Shown one piece after another: positions 54,041 through 64,000 of a stretch of 64,000 bases of DNA. The DNA is taken from NCBI GenBank assembly GCA_951406725.2, contig OX597841.1, positions 11,904,001 to 11,968,000 of the forward strand, given 5' to 3'. Under the pieces are notes generated by a model, which was not told the DNA's origin, searched no databases, and worked only from the letters and a program-made list of their open reading frames with translations. The position numbers and the translations under genes are program-made. Numbering within the stretch: the first letter of the stretch is position 1; every line of letters begins with the position of its first letter. Origin of the DNA: Octopus vulgaris. Taxonomy: Eukaryota.

Positions 54041-54113
54041 CAAAGAAAAAAAAAACTAAGCAACCATGCCACAATAAATACAATGAATATCTGAAGAAAT
54101 CGCATCCACTTAC

Positions 54114-54196
54114 TTGGTATTCTTTTGCTTTGCTTAACTGTACAACGCCTTCTTCTATGCTGATCTCAGCACTTACAACGTTTGCTTCAATGCTGT
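54114..54196 (-). CDS. STX7: Syntaxin-7/12 SNARE-motif C-terminal exon (DSIEANVVSAEISIEEGVVQLSKAKEYQ)
   Basis: ttgtag| and |gtaagt, 83 nt, phase 1/0; DSIEANV..QL..A..YQ is the STX7/STX12 Qa-SNARE signature; upstream exons lie outside the window. Confidence 0.93.
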
Positions 54197-54309
54197 CTAC
54201 AATGGAGAGAGAGAGAGAGAGATAGAAAGGAAGAAACCATTTGTTTGTGACCAAGACGTAATTGGATTTGTTTAAGGGGCAGTCTTAATTATACACACAC
54301 ACTCACGCT

Positions 54310-56090
54310 GTCACACATGCCCACCCCTCATGAGTTCCCTTATATACACACAAACACGCTTCCACACATCATGAGTATTCTTATGTACACACACACATGC
54401 CCACTCCGCCTCATACACACCCACGCATGTTTCCACACATGCCCACCCCTCATGAGTATTCTTATGTACACACACACACACACACATGCCCACTCTGCCT
54501 CATACACACCCACACACATACTTCCACACACACCCACGCATGTTTCCACACATGCCCACCCCTCATGAGTCCTCTTATGTACACACACACACACACACAC
54601 ATGCCCACTCTGCCTCATACACACCCACACACATACTTCCACACACACCCACGCATGTTTCCACACATGCCCACCCCTCATGAGTCCTCTTATATATACA
54701 CACACACACACACACACACGCCAACTCTGCCTCATACACAGCCACACACGCCCAGCCTTCATTAGTTCTCATATACACACACACACACACACGCATGTTT
54801 CCACATATGCCCACCCCTCATGAGTCCTCTTATATACACACACACACATGCCCGGTCTGCCTCATACACAGCCACACACATACTTCCACACATGTCCAGC
54901 CTTCATTAGTTCTCATATACACACACACGCATGTTTCCACACATGCCCACCCCTCATGAGTCGTCTTATACACACACACACACACATGCCCACTGCCTCA
55001 TACACACCCACACACATACTTCCACACACACGCCCAGCCTTCATTAGTTCTCATATACACATACGTTTCCACACATGCCCACCCCTCATGAGTCCGCTTA
55101 TACACACACACACATGCCCACTGCCTCATACACACCCACACACATACTTCCACACACACGCCCAACCTTCATTAGTTCTCATATACACACACACACACGC
55201 GCATGTTTCCACACATGCCCACCCCTCATGAGTCCTCTTATATACACACACACACACATGCCCACTGCCTCATACACACCCACACACATACTTCCACACA
55301 CACCCAGCCTTCATTAGTTCTCATACACACACACACAGGCATGTTTCCACACATGCCCACCCCTCATGAGTCCTCTTATATACACACACATACATGCCCA
55401 CTCTGCCTCATACACACCCACACACATACTTCCACACACACCCAGCCTTCATTAGCTCTCATATACACACACACGCATGTTTCCTCACATGCCCACCCCT
55501 CATGAGTCCGCTTATATACACACACACACACATGCCCACTGCCTCATACACACCCACACACATACTTCCACACACACGCCCAACCTTCATTAGTTCTCAT
55601 ATACACACACACACGCGCATGTTTCCACACATGCCCACCCCTCATGAGTCCTCTTATACACACACACACACACACATGCCCACTCCGCCTCATACACACC
55701 CACACACATACTTCCACACACACGCCCAACCTTCATTAGTTCTCATATACACACACACACGCATGTTTCCACACATGCCCACCCCTCATGAGTCCGCTTA
55801 TATACACACACACACATGCTCACTGCCTCATACACACCCACACACATACTTCCACACACACGCCCAGCCTTCATTAGTTCTCATACACACACACACAGGC
55901 ATGTTTCCACACATGCCCACCCCTCATGAGTCCTCTTATATACACACACACACATGCCCACTCCGCCTCATACACACCCATACACATACTTCCACACACA
56001 CGCCCAGCCTCCATTAGTTCTCATACACACACACACACACACACGCGCATGTTTCCACACATGCCCACCCCTCATGAGTCCCCTTATACA
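54310..56090. repeat. Minisatellite, ~120-bp unit with internal (CA)n
   Basis: gcatgtttccacacatgcccacccctcatgagtcc..cttcattagttctcat recurring. Confidence 0.92.
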
Positions 56091-56163
56091 TGTGCTGCCA
56101 CACATTCCCAACACTGCTGACGCCCCCCCCAAGTGCATTTCCCACTCACCATTTCCCAGCATC

Positions 56164-56211
<48 letters not shown>

Positions 56212-56365
56212 ACAAGACCCCCTGCCCCGCATCCACACATGGCTTACCTATTCCTTCTCCTTGTTCATGCACCATGACTCCAAGTTCTTTAAATATTTGG
56301 TTCACATCTCGAATATCACTCTAACAACAGAAAAAAGAAGAAAAAAAAACAAAAGTAAATAAATA

Positions 56366-59300
56366 GGCGCAGGAGTGGCTGTGTGGTAAGTAGCTTGCTA
56401 ACCAACCACATGGTTCTGGGTTCAGTCCCAGGCGCAGGAGTGGCTGTGTGGTAAGTAGCTTGCTAACCAACCACATGGTTCTGGGTTCAGTCCCAGGCGC
56501 AGGAGTGGCTGTGTGGTAAGTAGCTTGCTAACCAACCACATGGTTCTGGGTTCAGTCCCAGGTGCAGGAGTGGCTGTGTGGTAAGTAGCTTGCTAACCAA
56601 CCACATGGTTCTGGGTTCAGTCCCAGGCGCAGGAGTGGCTGTGTGGTAAGTAGCTTGCTAACCAACCACATGGATCCGGGTTCAGTCCCAGGCGCAGGAG
56701 TGGCTGTGTGGTAAGTAGCTTGCTAACCAACCACATGGTTCTGGGTTCAGTCCCAGGCGCAGGAGTGGCTGTGTGGTAAGTAGCTTGCTAACCAACCACA
56801 TGGTTCCGGGTTCAGTCCCAGGTGCAGGAGTGGCTGTGTGGTAAGTAGCTTGCTAACCAACCACATGGTTCTGGGTTCAGTCCCAGGCGCAGGAATGGCT
56901 GTGTGGTAAGTAGCTTGCTAACCAACCACATGGTTCTGGGTTCAGTCCCAGGCGCAGGAGTGGCTGTGTGGTAAGTAGCTTGCTAACCAACCACATGGTT
57001 CTGGGTTCAGTCCCAGGCGCAGGAGTGGCTGTGTGGTAAGTAGCTTGCTAACCAACCACATGGTTCTGGGTTCAGTCCCAGGCGCAGGAGTGGCTGTGTG
57101 GTAAGTAGCTTGCTAACCAACCACATGGTTCTGGGTTCAGTCCCAGGCGCAGGAGTGGCTGTGTGGTAAGTAGCTTGCTAACCAACCACATGGTTCTGGG
57201 TTCAGTCCCAGGCGCAGGAGTGGCTGTGTGGTAAGTAGCTTGCTAACCAACCACATGGTTCCGGGTTCAGTCCCAGGCGCAGGAGTGGCTGTGTGGTAAG
57301 TAGCTTGCTAACCAACCACATGGTTCTGGGTTCAGTCCCAGGCGCAGGAGTGGCTGTGTGGTAAGTAGCTTGCTAACCAACCACATGGTTCTGGGTTCAG
57401 TCCCAGGCGCAGGAGTGGCTGTGTGGTAAGTAGCTTGCTAACCAACCACATGGTTCTGGGTTCAGTCCCAGTGGCAGGAGTGGCTGTGTGGTAAGTAGCT
57501 TGCTTACCAACCACATGGTTCTGGGTTCAGTCCCAGGCGCAGGAGTGGCTGTGTGGTAAGTAGCTTGCTAACCAACCACATGGTTCCGGGTTCAGTCCCA
57601 GGCGCAGGAGTGGCTGTGTGGTAAGTAGCTTGCTAACCAACCACATGGTTCCGGGTTCAGTCCCAGGCGCAGGAGTGGCTGTGTGGTAAGTAGCTTGCTA
57701 ACCAACCACATGGTTCTGGGTTCAGTCCCAGGCGCAGGAGTGGCTGTGTGGTAAGTAGCTTGCTAACCAACCACATGGTTCTGGGTTCAGTCCCAGGCGC
57801 AGGAGTGGCTGTGTGGTAAGTAGCTTGCTAACCAACCACATGGTTCTGGGTTCAGTCCCAGGCGCAGGAGTGGCTGTGTGGTAAGTAGCTTGCTAACCAA
57901 CCACATGGTTCTGGGTTCAGTCCCAGGTGCAGGAGTGGCTGTGTGGTAAGTAGCTTGCTAACCAACCACATGGTTCCGGGTTCAGTCCCAGGCGCAGGAG
58001 TGGCTGTGTGGTAAGTAGCTTGCTAACCAACCACATGGTTCTGGGTTCAGTCCCAGGCGCAGGAGTGGCTGTGTGGTAAGTAGCTTGCTAACCAACCACA
58101 TGGTTCCGGGTTCAGTCCCAGGTGCAGGAGTGGCTGTGTGGTAAGTAGCTTGCTAACCAACCACATGGTTCTGGGTTCAGTCCCAGGCGCAGGAATGGCT
58201 GTGTGGTAAGTAGCTTGCTAACCAACCACATGGTTCTGGGTTCAGTCCCAGGCGCAGGAGTGGCTGTGTGGTAAGTAGCTTGCTAACCAACCACATGGTT
58301 CTGGGTTCAGTCCCAGGCGCAGGAGTGGCTGTGTGGTAAGTAGCTTGCTAACCAACCACATGGTTCTGGGTTCAGTCCCAGGCGCAGGAGTGGCTGTGTG
58401 GTAAGTAGCTTGCTAACCAACCACATGGTTCTGGGTTCAGTCCCAGGCGCAGGAGTGGCTGTGTGGTAAGTAGCTTGCTAACCAACCACATGGTTCTGGG
58501 TTCAGTCCCAGGCGCAGGAGTGGCTGTGTGGTAAGTAGCTTGCTAACCAACCACATGGTTCCGGGTTCAGTCCCAGGCGCAGGAGTGGCTGTGTGGTAAG
58601 TAGCTTGCTAACCAACCACATGGTTCTGGGTTCAGTCCCAGGCGCAGGAGTGGCTGTGTGGTAAGTAGCTTGCTAACCAACCACATGGTTCTGGGTTCAG
58701 TCCCAGGCGCAGGAGTGGCTGTGTGGTAAGTAGCTTGCTAACCAACCACATGGTTCTGGGTTCAGTCCCAGTGGCAGGAGTGGCTGTGTGGTAAGTAGCT
58801 TGCTTACCAACCACATGGTTCCGGGTTCAGTCCCAGGCGCAGGAGTGGCTGTGTGGTAAGTAGCTTGCTAACCAACCACATGGTTCCGGGTTCAGTCCCA
58901 GGCGCAGGAGTGGCTGTGTGGTAAGTAGCTTGCTAACCAACCACATGGTTCTGGGTTCAGTCCCAGGCGCAGGAGTGGCTGTGTGGTAAGTAGCTTGCTA
59001 ACCAACCACATGGTTCTGGGTTCAGTCCCAGGCGCAGGAGTGGCTGTGTGGTAAGTAGCTTGCTTACCAACCACATGGTTCTGGGCTCAGTCCCAGGCGC
59101 AGGAGTGGCTGTGTGGTAAGTAGCTTGCTTACCAACCACATGGTTCTGGGTTCAGTCCCAGGCGCAGGAGTGGCTGTGTGGTAAGTAGCTTGCTAACCAA
59201 CCACATGGTTCTGGGTTCAGTCCCAGGCGCAGGAGTGGCTGTGTGGTAAGTAGCTTGCTAACCAACCACATGGTTCTGGGTTCAGTCCCAGGCGCAGGAG

Positions 59301-62300
59301 TGGCTGTGTGGTAAGTAGCTTGCTAACCAACCACATGGTTCCGGGTTCAGTCCCAGGCGCAGGAGTGGCTGTGTGGTAAGTAGCTTGCTAACCAACCACA
59401 TGGTTCTGGGTTCAGTCCCAGGCGCAGGAGTGGCTGTGTGGTAAGTAGCTTGCTAACCAACCACATGGTTCTGGGTTCAGTCCCAGGCGCAGGAGTGGCT
59501 GTGTGGTAAGTAGCTTGCTAACCAACCACATGGTTCCGGGTTCAGTCCCAGGCGCAGGAGTGGCTGTGTGGTAAGTAGCTTGCTAACCAACCACATGGTT
59601 CCGGGTTCAGTCCCAGGCGCAGGAGTGGCTGTGTGGTAAGTAGCTTGCTAACCAACCACATGGTTCCGGGTTCAGTCCCAGGCGCAGGAGTGGCTGTGTG
59701 GTAAGTAGCTTGCTAACCAACCACATGGTTCCGGGTTCAGTCCCAGGCGCAGGAGTGGCTGTGTGGTAAGTAGCTTGCTAACCAACCACATGGTTCTGGG
59801 TTCAGTCCCAGGCGCAGGAGTGGCTGTGTGGTAAGTAGCTTGCTAACCAACCACATGGTTCTGGGTTCAGTCCCAGGCGCAGGAGTGGCTGTGTGGTAAG
59901 TAGCTTGCTAACCAACCACATGGTTCTGGGTTCAGTCCCAGTGGCAGGAGTGGCTGTGTGGTAAGTAGCTTGCTTACCAACCACATGGTTCTGGGTTCAG
60001 TCCCAGGCGCAGGAGTGGCTGTGTGGTAAGTAGCTTGCTAACCAACCACATGGTTCCGGGTTCAGTCCCAGGCGCAGGAGTGGCTGTGTGGTAAGTAGCT
60101 TGCTAACCAACCACATGGTTCCGGGTTCAGTCCCAGGCGCAGGAGTGGCTGTGTGGTAAGTAGCTTGCTAACCAACCACATGGTTCTGGGTTCAGTCCCA
60201 GGCGCAGGAGTGGCTGTGTGGTAAGTAGCTTGCTAACCAACCACATGGTTCTGGGTTCAGTCCCAGGCGCAGGAGTGGCTGTGTGGTAAGTAGCTTGCTT
60301 ACCAACCACATGGTTCTGGGTTCAGTCCCAGGCGCAGGAGTGGCTGTGTGGTAAGTAGCTTGCTAACCAACCACATGGTTCTGGGTTCAGTCCCAGGCGC
60401 AGGAGTGGCTGTGTGGTAAGTAGCTTGCTAACCAACCACATGGTTCCGGGTTCAGTCCCAGGCGCAGGAGTGGCTGTGTGGTAAGTAGCTTGCTAACCAA
60501 CCACATGGTTCTGGGTTCAGTCCCAGGCGCAGGAGTGGCTGTGTGGTAAGTAGCTTGCTAACCAACCACATGGTTCCGGGTTCAGTCCCAGGCGCAGGAG
60601 TGGCTGTGTGGTAAGTAGCTTGCTAACCAACCACATGGTTCTGGGTTCAGTCCCAGGCGCAGGAGTGGCTGTGTGGTAAGTAGCTTGCTAACCAACCACA
60701 TGGTTCCGGGTTCAGTCCCAGGCGCAGGAGTGGCTGTGTGGTAAGTAGCTTGCTAACCAACCACATGGTTCCGGGTTCAGTCCCAGGCGCAGGAGTGGCT
60801 GTGTGGTAAGTAGCTTGCTAACCAACCACATGGTTCTGGGTTCAGTCCCAGGCGCAGGAGTGGCTGTGTGGTAAGTAGCTTGCTAACCAACCACATGGTT
60901 CCGGGTTCAGTCCCAGGCGCAGGAGTGGCTGTGTGGTAAGTAGCTTGCTAACCAACCACATGGTTCTGGGTTCAGTCCCAGGCGCAGGAGTGGCTGTGTG
61001 GTAAGTAGCTTGCTTACCAACCACATGGTTCTGGGTTCAGTCCCAGGCGCAGGAGTGGCTGTGTGGTAAGTAGCTTGCTAACCAACCACATGGTTCTGGG
61101 TTCAGTCCCAGGCGCAGGAGTGGCTGTGTGGTAAGTAGCTTGCTAACCAACCACATGGTTCCGGGTTCAGTCCCAGGCGCAGGAGTGGCTGTGTGGTAAG
61201 TAGCTTGCTAACCAACCACATGGTTCTGGGTTCAGTCCCAGGCGCAGGAGTGGCTGTGTGGTAAGTAGCTTGCTAACCAACCACATGGTTCCGGGTTCAG
61301 TCCCAGGCGCAGGAGTGGCTGTGTGGTAAGTAGCTTGCTAACCAACCACATGGTTCTGGGTTCAGTCCCAGGCGCAGGAGTGGCTGTGTGGTAAGTAGCT
61401 TGCTAACCAACCACATGGTTCCGGGTTCAGTCCCAGGCGCAGGAGTGGCTGTGTGGTAAGTAGCTTGCTAACCAACCACATGGTTCCGGGTTCAGTCCCA
61501 GGCGCAGGAGTGGCTGTGTGGTAAGTAGCTTGCTAACCAACCACATGGTTCTGGGTTCAGTCCCAGGCGCAGGAGTGGCTGTGTGGTAAGTAGCTTGCTA
61601 ACCAACCACATGGTTCCGGGTTCAGTCCCAGGCGCAGGAGTGGCTGTGTGGTAAGTAGCTTGCTAACCAACCACATGGTTCTGGGTTCAGTCCCAGGCGC
61701 AGGAGTGGCTGTGTGGTAAGTAGCTTGCTAACCAACCACATGGTTCTGGGTTCAGTCCCAGGCGCAGGAGTGGCTGTGTGGTAAGTAGCTTGCTAACCAA
61801 CCACATGGTTCTGGGTTCAGTCCCAGTGGCAGGAGTGGCTGTGTGGTAAGTAGCTTGCTTACCAACCACATGGTTCTGGGTTCAGTCCCAGGCGCAGGAG
61901 TGGCTGTGTGGTAAGTAGCTTGCTAACCAACCACATGGTTCCGGGTTCAGTCCCAGGCGCAGGAGTGGCTGTGTGGTAAGTAGCTTGCTAACCAACCACA
62001 TGGTTCCGGGTTCAGTCCCAGGCGCAGGAGTGGCTGTGTGGTAAGTAGCTTGCTAACCAACCACATGGTTCTGGGTTCAGTCCCAGGCGCAGGAGTGGCT
62101 GTGTGGTAAGTAGCTTGCTAACCAACCACATGGTTCTGGGTTCAGTCCCAGGCGCAGGAGTGGCTGTGTGGTAAGTAGCTTGCTTACCAACCACATGGTT
62201 CTGGGTTCAGTCCCAGGCGCAGGAGTGGCTGTGTGGTAAGTAGCTTGCTAACCAACCACATGGTTCTGGGTTCAGTCCCAGGCGCAGGAGTGGCTGTGTG

Positions 62301-64000
62301 GTAAGTAGCTTGCTAACCAACCACATGGTTCCGGGTTCAGTCCCAGGCGCAGGAGTGGCTGTGTGGTAAGTAGCTTGCTAACCAACCACATGGTTCTGGG
62401 TTCAGTCCCAGGCGCAGGAGTGGCTGTGTGGTAAGTAGCTTGCTAACCAACCACATGGTTCCGGGTTCAGTCCCAGGCGCAGGAGTGGCTGTGTGGTAAG
62501 TAGCTTGCTAACCAACCACATGGTTCCGGGTTCAGTCCCAGGCGCAGGAGTGGCTGTGTGGTAAGTAGCTTGCTAACCAACCACATGGTTCCGGGTTCAG
62601 TCCCAGGCGCAGGAGTGGCTGTGTGGTAAGTAGCTTGCTAACCAACCACATGGTTCTGGGTTCAGTCCCAGGCGCAGGAGTGGCTGTGTGGTAAGTAGCT
62701 TGCTAACCAACCACATGGTTCTGGGTTCAGTCCCAGGCGCAGGAGTGGCTGTGTGGTAAGTAGCTTGCTAACCAACCACATGGTTCCGGGTTCAGTCCCA
62801 GGCGCAGGAGTGGCTGTGTGGTAAGTAGCTTGCTAACCAACCACATGGTTCCGGGTTCAGTCCCAGGCGCAGGAGTGGCTGTGTGGTAAGTAGCTTGCTA
62901 ACCAACCACATGGTTCTGGGTTCAGTCCCAGGCGCAGGAGTGGCTGTGTGGTAAGTAGCTTGCTAACCAACCACATGGTTCTGGGTTCAGTCCCAGGCGC
63001 AGGAGTGGCTGTGTGGTAAGTAGCTTGCTTACCAACCACATGGTTCTGGGTTCAGTCCCAGGCGCAGGAGTGGCTGTGTGGTAAGTAGCTTGCTAACCAA
63101 CCACATGGTTCCGGGTTCAGTCCCAGGCGCAGGAGTGGCTGTGTGGTAAGTAGCTTGCTAACCAACCACATGGTTCCGGGTTCAGTCCCAGGCGCAGGAG
63201 TGGCTGTGTGGTAAGTAGCTTGCTAACCAACCACATGGTTCTGGGTTCAGTCCCAGGCGCAGGAGTGGCTGTGTGGTAAGTAGCTTGCTAACCAACCACA
63301 TGGTTCTGGGTTCAGTCCCAGGCGCAGGAGTGGCTGTGTGGTAAGTAGCTTGCTTACCAACCACATGGTTCTGGGTTCAGTCCCAGGCGCAGGAGTGGCT
63401 GTGTGGTAAGTAGCTTGCTAACCAACCACATGGTTCTGGGTTCAGTCCCAGGCGCAGGAGTGGCTGTGTGGTAAGTAGCTTGCTAACCAACCACATGGTT
63501 CCGGGTTCAGTCCCAGGCGCAGGAGTGGCTGTGTGGTAAGTAGCTTGCTAACCAACCACATGGTTCTGGGTTCAGTCCCAGGCGCAGGAGTGGCTGTGTG
63601 GTAAGTAGCTTGCTAACCAACCACATGGTTCCGGGTTCAGTCCCAGGCGCAGGAGTGGCTGTGTGGTAAGTAGCTTGCTAACCAACCACATGGTTCCGGG
63701 TTCAGTCCCAGGCGCAGGAGTGGCTGTGTGGTAAGTAGCTTGCTAACCAACCACATGGTTCCGGGTTCAGTCCCAGGCGCAGGAGTGGCTGTGTGGTAAG
63801 TAGCTTGCTAACCAACCACATGGTTCTGGGTTCAGTCCCAGGCGCAGGAGTGGCTGTGTGGTAAGTAGCTTGCTAACCAACCACATGGTTCTGGGTTCAG
63901 TCCCAGGCGCAGGAGTGGCTGTGTGGTAAGTAGCTTGCTAACCAACCACATGGTTCTGGGTTCAGTCCCAGGCGCAGGAGTGGCTGTGTGGTAAGTAGCT
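56366..64000 (+). repeat. 65-bp tandem satellite derived from the tRNA-like head of SINE family A (~117 copies, runs off the window)
   Basis: Unit ggcgcaggagtggctgtgtggtaagtagcttgctaaccaaccacatggttc(t/c)gggttcagtccca equals nt 1-65 of SINE A. Confidence 0.97.

Noticed and set aside
56366-64000. CRISPR array or tRNA gene cluster; repeated 60-aa ORFs
   Set aside because: No unique spacers, eukaryotic context, and monomers lack the 3' acceptor strand; the ORFs are by-products of the 65-bp periodicity

Overview
Repeat-dense animal genomic DNA. The SINE families and (TA)n/(CA)n load suggest an octopus/coleoid cephalopod, which is inferred and not verified. Two spliced protein-coding genes lie on the minus strand; I reconstructed both by hand from GT-AG boundaries and reading phase. 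(1) DNAJC14 (DRIP78-like J-domain co-chaperone): 8 coding exons from ATG 23583 down to 279, continuing off the left edge. It has a 3.35-kb low-complexity first coding exon and a probable non-coding exon 1 near 29555-29780. (2) The 3' end of a syntaxin-7/12 Qa-SNARE gene: a SNARE exon at 54114-54196, followed by two alternative in-phase transmembrane-anchor exons (50341-50448 and 43037-43129) and possibly a third TM-less ending. Introns and intergenic DNA contain tRNA-derived SINEs, CR1-group and RTE LINE fragments, non-autonomous Helitrons, piggyBac-type MITEs, mariner remnants and microsatellites. Most notable: a ~360-bp tandem repeat (24923-25926) in which each complete unit carries a type I hammerhead ribozyme with the compensatory U3-A8 core, a retrozyme/Penelope-like structure. 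Also notable: several other hammerhead-like motifs with a recurrent CCGANGA core at (TA)n-embedded insertions, and a >7.6-kb satellite of ~117 copies of a 65-bp SINE Pol III promoter head inside the syntaxin intron. Almost all ORFs in the supplied track are repeat artefacts.
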